Position numbers and translations under genes: made by a program | In this document: positions 47,224 through 61,700 of the stretch, piece by piece | Numbering within the stretch: position 1 is the stretch's first letter | Layout: each line of letters opens with the position of its first letter | From: Cystobasidiomycetes sp. EMM_F5 | Lineage: Eukaryota | Assembly: GCA_051047955.1 (NCBI GenBank) | Contig: JBPGPT010000003.1 | Location: 558,001 to 622,000, forward strand | Reading direction: 5' to 3' | Length of the DNA stretch: 64,000 bases | The notes under the pieces: generated by a model | Seen by the model: the letters and a program-made list of their open reading frames with translations, nothing else | The model's database searches: none | Told to the model about the DNA's origin: nothing

Positions 47224-49863
47224 ATGCAACGCCTCAACTTGAAGCGTCTGCCAATGCGGCCGGGGCACGTCTTGCACGTCTTCAAGTCGGTATAGTTATA
47301 ATTCACAGAGGATCATTCCCCATTGACATCCTTGTGCAGCTTCTTTAGATGGCATGTCATCATCGGCATTCTCGTGCCCCTTGCAGCCGCAGGAATACTA
47401 TGCGCGTGCAGCACAGCGGACAGTACCATTCCGTACATTGATGCCCTCTTCAGTGAGGTACAATCTGCTTGAGTCGGCTATAGGACATCCTTAACTGAGG
47501 TTACCGTCCCAAGTGTGCACGAGCGCCTTGACTTTGACTGGATTGACCGTCGTTGAAGTGGGACCTCTGTCCTTTGGTCAGTCGTTACATTAACCATCTC
47601 TCACCGCATCGCGCTAAACCCTCCGAAGGCCAGCAATGGATACTATATGTCCTCTTTCAATTTGGATCTCTACCGTCCGTATCGCTGCTGACGCTCATTG
47701 TACGCCGTGCAACATTCAACAAGCGCTTTTCAGAGAACAAGGTATACTTTCCGACTCTGCGCAACCAGTCCAAATCAATCGAAAAGGATATCGAAGCAGC
47801 CGAAGTAGTACTTCGTGACGATAACGAGATGTCTGGTCCTGCCCCAAAGATCAGACAAGGCAGTAAAGAGCAGGACGGGAACAATTCTGACGAACCTCGT
47901 AAAGGCACTTCTCAGCCGCAAAAGCAATCGCCATCTCAGCCGACATCTGGGCGTGGCGGTTTCCCAAATCCGCTGCAGAAGGTCTACTCGGCAGGATGGA
48001 GTCACCTTCGTCGTCGATTCCGAACGAATGCCGAGACTGGGCAGGCGAATGCAGGGCAATTTCGAAAAAAGGATGGTGTGGAGCATACAGGCATGACCCA
48101 GGATGAAGTTAGAAGGGGTATGAAGAAGGAAGGTTACGCAGAGATTGGACACAACATTTGGCAGCGAAACTCGGACGTCAGAGATCTGACCAAAGAACAG
48201 CATATAAAGCTGGCACGACTCGAGGTGAGCACAGACAGGCCTCCAACCGCTCAGGATATTGAACATCACGGCTCCTGGCACAGATCTCAGCAATGACGTA
48301 CCTTCTCTACACGGTCGCCAGCTACTGGATTGGGTTGCAATTGCTGACCCTCATCGTGTGGGCGCCGTACTTTTCAACCGGTCACTACGACTCGACTTTT
48401 ACGACAGCCACGAGTCGGACATGGTGAGCTTGATGCAATTTGGGCCTTTCAGCGTTCCTTACAAGTACCATTGTTCAGGTTCTCCGTCTTTGAAGCTGCT
48501 AGCGCTTTGAACAATTGTGGCATCTCGCTGGTCGATACCAGCTTGACGAACTTTCAAACAGCCTATCTTCTACTCATTCCTATGGTAATCCTCATCTTCG
48601 CTGGAGACATTGGGTTTCCTATCGCGTGCGTGGAAACTTGTCTCGCAATTTGTGGCACAGTCTTAACATTGGTCTCCGTCCAGTCTACGAGCGTACATGT
48701 ACGTGCGAGGCGTCGTCACACGTGGTTCCGTAAAACTAAAGTGTACCTCTCGAGTACAGATACCTCATCAATGCATGTCTGCCAAAGCGTACCGCATTGA
48801 AACGTCTAGGCAGGTTTATACTGGAGCATCCTCGACGTGTCTTCATCTACCTTTTTCCTCCCTATGAGACGATGGCATTAGTGGTAGCCGTTGCCATATT
48901 GACGAGTGTCGACTGGATATGCTTTTACGTGCGTCGCCGTCGTGCTGTTACAAGGTGCATTCGTACTGACAACAGGCACGCAGTTGCTCAATATCGGATA
49001 TCTGGATGATACGATATACAGTCTACCTGGCTTCACAGCTACCGTCGACGGTCTTGTGCAGAGCGTATCTGTTCGCTCAGCTGGATTTTACACAGTCAAT
49101 CTATGGCAAACTGCGCCAGCACTGCACTGTCTTTACATCTTCATGATGATTTTTGCCGTTTATCCGGTAGCTCTCACTATTAGAGCCACGAACGTCTACG
49201 AAGAGAAAGCGCTTGGCATGACAAATACGGAAACCAGCATGGAAACTGGGCTGCAGCATCTTCGCCAGGAAGAAGGGTATGATCTTACATTTTAAGCGCA
49301 TCGCAATGTTCTTTAACTCACGATGTCTGACCCCTTGTTAGATACGTGGGCCTACATCTGAAGGAACAGCTGGCATATGACGTTTGGTTTATCATTTTTG
49401 CAACATGGCTCATTTGCATCGTCGAACGTAACCAGCTTGAAGTTCCGGCAACCTCAAGCTACGGAACCTTCAGTGTCTTTGATGTCATATTTGAAGTTTG
49501 TAGTGCCTATGCTAATGTGGGACTGTCAATCGGGTCACCCTCTGTCAGTCGGTACAAGTTTCTGCAAGGAAAGGAAACTGATACATTCGTCACAGAGCAA
49601 CACATCTACCTCGAGCAATTTTCGTCACCTCAGCAAATTGATATTGTGCCTAGCGATGCTGCGAGGCCGCACTCGCGGCCTTCCAGTGCGCATTGATCGA
49701 AGCATAATGACACCGGTGTGTGCTATTCACTATGGACAGGACGCAAACCAGAGATTGCTAACAAAGAATTTAGCGTGAACTTGATCAGATTGGTGATCCT
49801 CCGGAAACCTGCAGCGGCCTACAAGCTGGCCAAGCAGCCGAAGAGGCTGACGCTGAGAGCTAG
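47224..49863 (+). CDS. TRK: Trk-family K+ transporter
   Basis: PYIDALF; four pore-loop glycines (TLTGL, NNCGI, RSAGF, ANVGL); EHPRRVFIYLFP; MLRGRTRGLP..IDRS. Confidence 0.92.
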
Positions 49864-52800
49864 TACCATGGTGCCCAGCCGACATACATGCCGCCCTGAG
49901 CATGAAGATCTCAGTACAGTCGTGACGCATCGTCCTGGTCGCACACTCACCAAATTTTTCTCGTCGGTCGCTTCCTTGAAGAGATTCTCTACCGTAATCT
50001 CCACGCTTATCACATGGTCCAGTGGCTCCCCGTTTGTCGTGATAAGAGTACCTTTGAGCTTGCTGGAGCTGGTCGAAAGAGCCTTCCGAGCTTCTTCTTT
50101 GCGCATACCCTCAACTCGCTTCCGATGCGTTTCCCTAGATTCGCCTTTCGCGCTGCCTATCCCCTTTCGCTTCGATGTGCCACACACTGAGCATGAATGT
50201 GTAGTACTTGCGCATTGTACAGACTTACCTTTGTGCTTGGAGGCGACAGACCCAGTTCGACGAGTGGATCGTGCACGAAAGATTCCAGAACGCTCACAAG
50301 CGGTGTCCGATTCTCTCGCAGGATCCGCATTGTAATTTCGCAGCATTTCCGGAAGACGCCTTCTACACCAGTAACGCCAAAACCGTCTACGACGTTCTGC
50401 GTCAAACGGAACGGAACCTTCTCTGCAATCTCGAACCACGTAAAACCCTGATGGTGCGTTGTTAATCTCGATGCAACCCAGACCGAGTGTGCACTTACCA
50501 TCCCGAACAGACAGTTGAAATCCACGTGCACGCAATCTCCGTTCGTCGTGTCTAGAAGAATGTTTTCTCCGTGACGATCGCCAAGACTGTCAACAGAGAA
50601 TAAGCTATCGGAATTTGCTCGAGGATTCCGGTCTCGATTCACCCTAGGATGTAGCCGACCATGGCCATGACGGCGTATGTCCGACCATATGCAGTCCTGG
50701 CACGCAACCAGGCGGACGGCTCTGGAAAAGTGTCTAGAAACCATTCGTGGAAGACAGGAGGATACAGGGGCAACACGTTCTCCCTGAAGGCAGCCCCGCA
50801 CTTGGCAAGATCGTTCCTTTGCGCATGTTTGAGGTGATCATATATTCTCTTGAGAGCGTCACTCTTGAAGCCAGGATGAGCTCGATAAGGGTAAACGGAA
50901 GTCAATTTTGCTTACCCATGGCTGTATGCCTTTCGGAGCGTATAACTTTGTCAAGATTGCGCGGAGGCCGGTTGTCTCGGGCACCCATTCGATTAAGCCT
51001 GTTTTCTCGTCAAGGGGCACGACTGCGTAGGTGCGGATATCTGTGGACTGCGTTAATGAACACCAGGCGATGACAGTGTTGCGCTTACGCAAAGAACGCT
51101 TTCGAGACGCAGCGTCTTTCTGCAATAGGCGATTCATCAGGTTGGTGCACTCCATCAAACGTGCATCTTTTCTCAGATCGTCTTGAGGTTTGCACAAGAA
51201 ACGATACGTCTGTCCGTCTGATCCTTTGATGACCAGCTTGCGTGGCCGCGCCACAGAGGGCATGATTTCAATAGTATCGTCGAAGCCTGCGAGGGTGCAA
51301 ATCAGACGGATGCGAGCGTCTTTTAATGTCTGTGATGCAGTCCATACCATGAAAGACAACCAAATTAGGAGGAAACGGCTTGTGTGTCATAACATTTTGG
51401 CGCTCAGTTGGAAAGGTCACTGACATAGCATGCTGAAATGGCATGATAATATCGCACGGAACGTGCTGCTTTAGGCTCGGGAAGTTCCGGCTTATAGAAA
51501 GAGCATCATTGTTTTCGACCTGAAACTGTGCAATATTGAAGAATGCGTTGATTAGGACGTCGAAGACTCCGAAGAGTTGCCCAATTTGCGGGACAGATCT
51601 GTTGCCTTGAATCGCAGAATTGTTTCGCACGCGGTCTAGAAGGATGCGACAGTATCTACGTCGCTCCTCATCATCCGAGTGCAGCGCCGAAATCATCATC
51701 CAATACGCTTGTTGCGGGTATTCTTTCACGGCCTTCTCGCATAATAGAGAAACCATGTCCCGCACCCGCTTGTTCTGATGATTTATCCTTGACAGGAGCT
51801 GCGGCAAAGCGGACAACCACTAGCATTGGCACCAAATTCCGAGTTAGAGTGCGTCATCAGAGATATGCAAAACTCTCACCATATATCCCGGCAGCTTTTC
51901 GCCAGCTCGCCTAATATGAGCTAACATCTTGGCGAAGCTGCTTGCCAGTTGTCTCATCGAAGGGTCGTCAGATTCTTTGGCTCCTTCTTTTCCAGCGCTG
52001 ACTCGCTTGCTTTTACTACGAATCAAGGTTACAGCCGATGTAAGTCACGCTGCGACCCGATTCAACTTACAGAGCTTTGTCACTTTTCTGAACCTCATTT
52101 TCGGCATTTACGGTCTCAGGCCAAGCACCCATATCCAGCCATAACGTCAGTAGGCGCGGTAAAGCTTGATAGATGAACTTGCATCCATATCGGAGGGCTT
52201 TCGAGTATTGATGCATAACTAATTCCATTTGAGACAAAAGCGCCAGGCTGGGTATAGCGGTGAGTACGTGGCTCGACTCTTTGCCTGCATACACCTACTT
52301 GCAGCTAAATTCTTTGGAGCCCAGACTCGCATGACCTTTGTATGGTCCCGTAGCTTGCATTTGCTCATCTGCCCATTGTCCGTAGCGATAGTAGGCCGCT
52401 TCCCACCTAGCAAACTGCATAAGTCGGTTGTCACAAGTGATGAGGCTATTGCGCACTCTGGTGCCAGCAGGCAAGCGCGCTTATAGCGGAAAATTATGTG
52501 CCTTTCATCGAATCGGCCAGTTTCTTGCATCCATTTTGCGCTCTTAAGGATTGCCTATAGCAGAAATGCTGCGTGTTAGTATTCGCTTTGCAAGCCCGGA
52601 ATGAATTAATGCAAGACTGGCTTTTGCTAGCTCTCTTGCAATAACCGGATCTATCTTCTCGAAAGGAGGGTTCTCCTTCAACACGCCAAATTTACCAAGT
52701 CCCAGCTCTAGTTCCTGGTGAGCCCGATGTGTCTGGTTGTTTGATTTGTATAGCTTTGCGCTTTGGACGAATGCAAATTCAGTCTCCAATTGATTCGCCT

Positions 52801-55800
52801 GAAGGATAGCACTATATGCAGTCTGGAGGTGGTCCGCCTTCAATGCAATTTTGGACGTGGATAGCCACAACGAGCCTATACGCGGTTCCGCTGATCCAGA
52901 ACTGCGAAAGATCTTGTCAATTCAGTGTTCAGGATAGGATAAGATAAGGTGAATAACCAACGTGATACGATAAACATTGCGGCGCATGTTTAAGATCGTC
53001 TCACGAGTCTGGAAAGATGGAGCAGTGGATGCTAGTCGCTCCTCAAAATCGTTGACATCGGAACGATGTTGCCTTCGTTGGGATCCGGAAGTCACAAACC
53101 CCCTTGCAAGTGAGTCGAACTCATTCAAGACGTGCAGGTTCACGATCGCAGGATAGAAACGTCTGTACGAGTCTTTGCTGGCAGTTGTGATTGCGTTGCC
53201 CAGAATTTCGGCTGCATCTGTCTTCTTCGCTGCAAATTCGGCTGCATCGCCTGAATGGAGCGCAAGAATCACCGATGCGAAGGCCGACGCAGCGGTGGCC
53301 GATATAGATTCTTCCACAGCCAGCCGAAGTGCAGGTATGTCACCAGCGATTAGAGCACTCTCTATTGCAAAAGGCGCAAGAAGACCAGCCCATTGTCGAT
53401 GACGGGCGTGCAAACCCGAGATATGGGTCCTCATCGAATCTGCACCACAGACATTAGTCGAGTATATCGATTTGTAACGTTACGTACCATAATGCCCCAG
53501 GCTTTGCAGACATCGAAGCAAACCCACATGGGCGGTGGGATCGTCCGGTGATAGCTGCAGCTGTACCTCCCAACAGCTTTGAGCAGATGTCCAACGGCCA
53601 GTCATCTCGTGTTCGCGGATCTGATGCTGTAGACTGGGCGACAAAATTGAAACCGAGACACCCTGCATTCCATCCGGTTCTTCGAGCTCAGCGTATATCA
53701 AGTGAAGCGACTCCCAGTATGATTGAAGCTCGACGAGACGAGTCGGTGTTGCTCGCGGTATAGAGCGATACAGCATTTTTTCATAGTTCAGCAGGGCTCG
53801 AGCATAACTCTTCGAATTTAATGCGGCTGTCGCCAAAGTATCATGCGGTAACAGCTTGAACAGGGTCTCCAAATGCTTGATGGGCTGCAGAAAGCTCTCG
53901 TATTCTTCGATGCTTCTGGATCTCTTGTATCGCTGGGTCAGAAAAACTTGTCTGGATCTTACCCAAGTATTCAGGTGATCCAGAAGTTCGAAAATTGCCT
54001 ACGAAAAGGCCAATCAATGCATGATCACGAATCGTGTACTGCATCTTACCTGCGCGCATAAAGACCTGGATTCCCGTGGCATAGTCTGCGATCCAGGCGT
54101 TATCTGGTCATTGATGATGAACAGCACCTCCGCAGACACGCTGTCCAGAAATTGCCGCTGACCGCTGGTAACCGCATAGAAAACCAAATACGGCAGTATG
54201 AAATAGGCGACGCTTAAGTCATAGCCTTGCCGAACCGCTGCCTGGAAGGGTGCAAAAAGATGAACTGCTTTAATCTTACCGGGCGTGGGTAATCTGACGA
54301 CCTGATCAATTAGATCCGATGTCCACGCCTGCAGCCATTCACGATACGAGGCTTTGTGAGCATACAAGGGATAGAGGTATTTCTCTGAGGAAGATTTGTG
54401 GGATACTTCTATGACGGTTGGTATGACCGCTTCAAGGAGTTCGCGTGTTTTAGGCTGCAAACCGTTCCATTTTGATCGGACTAACGCATTTGCCTTACCA
54501 TCGACTGCTGACGGTTTGAAAAGACGGGAATCGAAACCACAAACGTTGGCAAGACCTTTGATGGCGGCAAATACTACATTTTGCTGACCAGGGTCATTCG
54601 TCGAGCGTAGAACTTTGATTAGTAAGCTCTCTATCGTGAACAAGGCGAATCTGGCGCATTCATCATCATCACGCAGGTCGTGTTGAGGAATGAAGGCATT
54701 CTGTTCACTCGGGAAGTTTAGCCGATCCGGGTCCAGAGCGCCGAGAATGCCCAAGCATTGTAGAGCCAGCGGTCTAGCTAAAGATTCCATCTCCGCACTC
54801 CGTATTGCTGAACTTAGTAGTGCATGCACAACACGGCCGAGTAAGATGTCGAAAGCGCTGCCAGAAGCGAGAGCACGGAAAGCTGCAGATTCTTGGGAAA
54901 GGAACTCGCCAAACTCTTGGAGCGCTTGACATAGTACTGCTTCATTAATGGTATCTATCCGATTGAGGTATCCCTCAACCCGAGTGTGGAGTGATTGCTG
55001 CGATTTGGATGACTTGACGAGTTTATGCAAGCGGTGTAGCTCTGGGATGCCTTCCATATCCGCTACGCCGTGCACGGCCGGACCTAGCTGCTTCGCATCG
55101 GACAGGAGAGCAGTAAGCATACTAGTTGCGATGGATCTCTGATCAGAATCCATGGTGGGCCAAGCTTGGATCAATGTGGCCGTTGTTTGTGCTAAGAGTG
55201 GGCAGACATCCGCCATGGTCAGGGTTGACATAAAGCGTTGCCACAACGATAGAGTCTCCGTCCTCAGTGCTGGGTCCTTGAAGCCATACTGGAGAGTAGC
55301 CATGATCTGCGCAAGGTACTTTTAGCCAAATATCAGAGTCTGGCGGAATCCAGCTTACTTGCGGAGCTACCGAATATATGGGAGCTCCGATGATCTGAAT
55401 GAGCATGTCCAGTCCCTGCAGCAACCTTGCCTGCTCAGTACAATTGATGTCACCTCGCATGCCACGTAGGATATCGCCAGCCATGCCGAATATGGTGAGA
55501 GATGCTCTGGCGAGGTGAGCCTGCACATCCTCCTTAGACTCGTTCGGAAGTATGCTACACGCGCGTGTCAGATTGACACAGAACTGTCACCCGTCGTCAA
55601 GGTCTTTCCGAATACCCTACGCTATGTGGAGACTACTCTTACACTTTTGCGCGCTGTTTCGCTAGAATCGGCTTGCATGGCCATCTCCAGAACTAGAGAA
55701 GGGAAATTTGTTGCCAAGAGCTGACCTAGCGTATAGTTGAGGTTCTCGGCCTGCAAAAACTTGAATATAAAGGCAGTACATCTGTCCAGTCGCTCTTCGG

Positions 55801-58597
55801 GACCGAGGAATAAGGGTGCGAATATGGCATCGGCATCAACTAGGAGCAGTTCCGGGATACTGCGTCTAGTCACATCGGCTATCAGTTTGACGACATCTGC
55901 ACGCAGACCTTGAATAGCGCTGGCGAGCAATTGCCGGGTTACTCCGCGCATGGCCATGAAGGAGTTCAACGACATTTTGAGCATGGTTACCATAGAATCT
56001 AGTAGGGATGCATCGAATTCGGACTCTCGAACAATGATAGGAATGACGTGATTGAAATGGGGCTGGAATATCCTGAACGATGTTGCAGATCTGACGTTGG
56101 TGACCCTGTCCATCTGAAGTCGCATAGTTTGTAAGTGATTGTATGCTCGCTTGTTGAGCAGCTAGACTGACATGGGTTGAGACCAGGGCTTTTAGATAGC
56201 CAGGCTGCGCCATCGCAATCACGAGCAGCCCAAGACCTCGGGCGAGTAACTGATCTTGAGCGACCCTAATGCAACGAGTTAGTCTAGTCTCTCGCTGATA
56301 CAGCGTCTTTTTTATACGCACACAACGAGGGAGACGACAGTACTCAGCGCCGTTGCTTGCGCACTGCGACGAGCTTGGTCCTGCAGTCTGCGTTGTAGAA
56401 TCTCGAAAAAGACGCCGATATGCCCAGTGGGCGCTAGACCGGGTCGCGCATCTTGGTGAGCACGCAGTATAGCATTACACGCTTCTCTGGTCATATTCAG
56501 GGCGATCAGTGCTGATTTAATCTGCTGATGACTTTGACTGACCCAGCTGCCAGCCGCACAGTCTTTTCTCTCTCTTCCAGACACTGCAAGAGGCGGGGTA
56601 GGGATTGCAGAGAAAGGGCAGCGCAACGAGCGTCCATATGATTTATAATCTTCGTGATATTGCGGAGAATGGCAAGCTTTTGAGCAACGGCACAGTCTGC
56701 CGTCAGCTTCTGCTCGGTAGTCCGCACAAGTGCGAGCATGTCTCGAGAAAGGACCCGCTGACAAGGAACTTCATCTGAGAGGGCATATTCGCAGGTAGGA
56801 CACGCAAACTGCGCCGTGTTTGCCGACACGGAATCGCCAGATGCGTATATACATGCTGCTCGAAGGATGACGCTGCCGGCGGCAGTATGACCACGCTGTC
56901 GTAATGAGGATGTTAGCACGCGTTCTAAATCGTCTTCGGTGCATGCTGCAGGCAAATCTTCCTCTGGCAGATGCACGCGCAAGTACGCAAATGCCAGTTG
57001 AATCGACGAGCCTTTCCCAACCGGCACATCTGCTTCTGGCAGTTTTCTTTTCCTACTTTGTGTCAGTACAGCTGGACGTAATTGAGCGCAGACTATGTTT
57101 TCTCGAAGTTCTTTAAGAATTTCTACGGTTTCTGATGGCAAGGCAGCCGTAGTTTCGCCGTCAAGCACCGACGGTCGGCGTATAATGTGATCGAGGCGAT
57201 CCAGTACGATAGCGGGTGTGGTGTAAAGATGGTGGGTAACATCGAATGGCTTTGAAGCGCATTTTGCGATTTGCAGTAAAAGTAAAAAGCAGGGGATAAG
57301 CGGATGTACGTCACGTTGCGAGGCTGCGGTGTGATCTTCTGCATTGCCAACTTGCTCTGACCAAACCCTCTTCAGGGCATCGCCATCGGAGTGTAGAAGC
57401 GCTTGCGCCATCGGCCCTGCTATCGAATTCCTCACGTCAGGACGACAGCGCGATAAGGCAGAGAGGGCGCCGAGCAGCGCAATATACGTATCCGTCGAAT
57501 CCTGTGCGTTTTCGACGTCATCTACGGCGGGATGTGCGGCTTGTACCAGTGCCTGAAAGATCCGCTTTATGATGCGGGGCGCCCATACTTGACACAGAGC
57601 CAATGGGTTAGAAGCCGATAACAGCTTCGTCAGTTGCTGCAGTCTTTGCGATACTGATATCAGAACAGAGTCCGCCCTCTTCTTGCCCTTGGCGAGCTTT
57701 GGACTCAGCCAGTCGTTGTCATCTCCTACCAGTGCAGAAATCATCTCGGGCATGATGTCCGCTGCCCAAGCTGATCCTTTCACTATACATCTCACGAGAA
57801 TTTTGACGATCGTCCAACGAATGGCGACAGCTTCCGATGAGCTATCGATAGTCAGGGTAAATGGACGGTGTTCCTGCTGAGCACCATTTGCATTTGCAAA
57901 AGGATCTTGATTTTCACTACGGCGCAATGCGGCACCTTTTTCAAACATGAGCAGGGACAGAGGCCACTTCATCGGGCTTTGTGCCAGTACGTCAGGGCGC
58001 AGGCCTGCTCGAATAGGGTCACTAATTGTAATGAGCGGTCTTTCTGTGTGTCGTGCAGGACTCACGGTGAAGGATGGCTGTCAGCTCCCTCAGTACCTCA
58101 CGCTGCCTTCTGATGCCGCCTAGATTCTCGGCATAGAAACTCGTAACGAGCCTATCCACCATTCCGACAAGCCAGTCTTCGAGAAGCAACGCTTTACGTG
58201 GGGCGGCATTGGGCCTGATGGCCAGCTGACCCAGCCTCTTGAGCATAGCAGGAAGCATGCAAATGACCATGGGATCAGGAGATACGTGAGCATCGTCTGA
58301 AGATTCCGCATAGTCGCTTTGACCGTTCTCCAGCGGTGGCGCTTGAAACAAGATGTATGCAGGATAGCGAGTTAGGAATTCGAGAGCCTTGTCCCACACT
58401 TCATCCTTGTGTTCAGCCTGAGCGTGGTCAGTGGGATCCTTGCCATTCAGCAGCTCAAGCTTGACCAGCTTCGTAACTACTGGGAACAGCCTGGACCCAG
58501 CTTCAGAAGTGTCGACGCTGGCACTGCGCAGGATTGTTGTAAACAGTCCGATAGTGGACGATGGTGCTCCATTCGCTCCAGGCGAGCTGCTTGCCAT
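49860..58597 (-). CDS. MEC1: PIKK checkpoint kinase ATR/Mec1/Rad3
   Basis: LGILGALDP (UME region), FAT ([11 protein letters not shown]), [63 protein letters not shown]. Confidence 0.95.
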
Positions 58598-58636
58598 GTC
58601 AGAAGCTCAGACTTGCAGATACAGAAGACGCAAAGC

Positions 58637-58642
58637 ACGCGT
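58637..58642. promoter_or_regulatory. Possible MCB (ACGCGT) cell-cycle box 40 bp upstream of the MEC1 ATG
   Basis: Exact ACGCGT in the 175-bp intergenic gap; a hexamer can occur by chance. Confidence 0.35.
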
Positions 58643-58772
58643 AAAATATATCGACATCGTGTCGCAAAACAAAGTCTGGATGCGCCACAGCAGAGCAACA
58701 CAACAGATTCTTTAATCTAGCCCGTTGAAGACACAGTTGCCAGTCGTACGCGATCAGCTTGCGATGGTCTCG

Positions 58773-61700
58773 TCACCAAAATCCATCACCATCATCACCC
58801 TTCGCTTTGCGACCCTTGTTCCCCGAAGCAGCCGCTTGCCTCTGATAGGCTTCTGCGACCTGATGCAGTCCGTCAGCAACGTTTCCTATGCACCCAAAAT
58901 CATGCAACATACAAGTTCGGCCGAGGATGCATCATCCGGATCCTTGTCATCGCGTATGCGGATGAAGCGGGGAAAGCGTAGAGACACTCCCCGAGCGTCG
59001 ATCTGAACACACGAGAGCAAGTACTTAAGGGCTTGGTCAATTTCGAAATGAGTCAACTCACAATGCCTTTGGCTGCAGAGTACACAGGACTGAGCGAGAG
59101 GTCCGCTGCCAGCACTTCCCAAAGCATCTTTGGCTCGAAGAAGACGTCGGGCTTGGCATCACCAATGTCGAAGTAGGCCTTTTTACTGCATTCGAGTGGC
59201 TGCAGGGCTTTGAAGTGCGATTCTAACATTTCCTCGCTGAAGCCGGTACCAATCTTTGTTATCGCTTGATATGTCTCGCTTTCAGGGTCGTAACAAGCCA
59301 AGAGGAAGGCACCGTAAACCGAAGTGCGCTTGCCGCGACCATGATAACCACCGATAACCACAAGGTCGAAGGAATCCCCGATTCCGGCCAGATAATCCTT
59401 CTTCAGCTAACCCGTACTTTTAGTGGAGAATATCATACTTGAGCGCCATTTTCGTACCTTCAGCCAATTCATACTACGGCGACTTGGCTCGTATGTCGCA
59501 TCCTCGCCTTCAAGCATCTTCACCATCAATCCTTCACACGAATCTTTGATGCTTTCATCTAGAAAGTGCTGAATCTCCTCGACGCCGTTTGCGTCTGCGG
59601 ACTTTGCCAACGCGAACTGACCTTCAACGGTCTCGAAGTGATTGCGTAGGTGCTCTCGACGGTGTGCAAGATCCTGCCGCAAGAGAGTCTGCAAAAACCG
59701 CATCATTTCCTTAGTATAACGCAGTGAAAACAGTAGGCCGGACTGACTTCGCCGTTTAAAAATAGCAAATCAAACGCAAAAATGTGCACTTTGACTTTGA
59801 TATCCTCAGCCTTGACGTCTTTACGCTTACGCCTACTGAGCTCCTGGAATGGCAAGATTTTGTGCTCTTCACTGTCCCATGCTACCGCTTCGGCATCCAG
59901 GACAAAGGATTTCGTCTCTGGCTTGATACACTGTCGCAGGGTCTCAGCCCATTGATTGTTATATGATGGAATGCGTTGACTCACCTTTGACATGTGTTCG
60001 ATGAGATCTGGATACTTCACGCTCATGTCTTCGGAATTGCGCGAAAAGACCGAAAGCTTGCCGTCGTAGTAATGGACTTGAGCGCGCTCTCCGTCATACT
60101 TGTATTCACAGGTGAATTTCTTGCCTTCAAAACGGTCTAGTACCTCCGATATGGCCTTCGTAGGTTTTGCCAGCATAGGCTTGAGCGGTATACCTAGATT
60201 GCTAATAATCAGGAACAGCCCCATCACGGTGACCTGATGGAGTCCGCACCTGGGGTAAGCTTGACACGGTCCTGCAGCAGGTTCGGACCGCCTTCAAGCA
60301 AAGGTGGTATGACGAGATCGTAATTTGGACATTCACTGAAGACGGCTTTGACAATCTTGCTGCCTTCTTCCAGATCCTTCGCGACTTTATCGGCAGAGAC
60401 ATGTTTGCCGGACGCATGAAACGCGGCAGTGACTATCGCATGGGCCAGACAGCCGAGAACAGTCTGCTCCGCCAACCCGATCCGTAACTTTCCTTCTAAT
60501 GAGCGAATAATGAACTTGGCCTCTTGGCCTTGACAAGCGGCTAAGAGTCCGTTAATCGTTCCGACCTTTTTATTTTGTGACTGTAGACGCGCGACATATC
60601 AGACTGTCATCCGATGTCTGGAAAGGAGGATACCTACACTCGCTCCCGTTGTTTTGGCAATCTCTTTGAGCTTGTTGAAGACGTGTTGTACTGTGAGGGA
60701 TTTGGGTTTGAACAGGGTTGATTGTGTCGCGCGAGAATTCTATGCAAAATGGTGAAAGTAAGCCGAGTATGCAGCTCGCAATATGCAACGGAACACTTAC
60801 CATTGCGACCAAACCTAAATCCCCGACTTTCTTGTACTCGAGATTGATGTGGTTGACATTGACACCCGTCGCCTGCGCAATTGCTTTCTTGAGCATGCCT
60901 TCGCCAATGCCCAGTTCAAGACCTTCATAGTCTGGGCAAATCTGTAAGGTGCATGCACTCAGCTTCCACGTCTGTCGAAGGCGGCGTAAGATAGCTGCAC
61001 ACTCGATTGATGCACAAATAGATGACTTTCACAAGATCTGCTGGCGTCCTCTCAATGACACTGCACAAAAAGTCGGTGAGGTACGCTGCAATCTCCAATC
61101 GTTTCGTTGTGCTGTCTATTCGTTCGAACACCTCCGCAAGAGCGGAATATGGAACACTGCAATAGTGTGTCAGTAATGCAGGATTTAAAGACAGCTGATA
61201 CTGCTGTTGACGTACGGCTCGCCATCCTTCCACTCAATTGCCTTGCCATACTTTCCTTTACTGCTACCGATAGCCTTCTTCGTAAAGATTTCTGCCCTGT
61301 ATGACAAACAGGTCATCAGTACAGGTCTTTGCGTCGCATCGATGTTGAGAAGTACAGCTTGACAGCCTGTTCTTGCTCCTCCCCGCTTTCGAGCGCTTCC
61401 TCCTCGTCGTCTTCCTCCTTATTCGTTTCTTGGACGCCATCCTCCGCAGCGTGGTCGCCAAGGATACTGCTGCTTGCGACAGGGCCATCTTTGACTACCG
61501 TGTCGTCGGCTCTCGCTTTGCCTTTGCCATTTGTCGTAGACGAGGCAGGCACTGCAGTCGAGGCTGCAGTTGCAGACCCGTTAGTCAGCGTTTCTTCCTT
61601 TTGCTTTGTATTGGGTTTGGGAGGAGCAAAGATGGAAGCGACCTTCTTTACGCCTTTGTCAGCCGACTGTGATGGGTGTGCAGCTGTCAAAATCAAAGGA

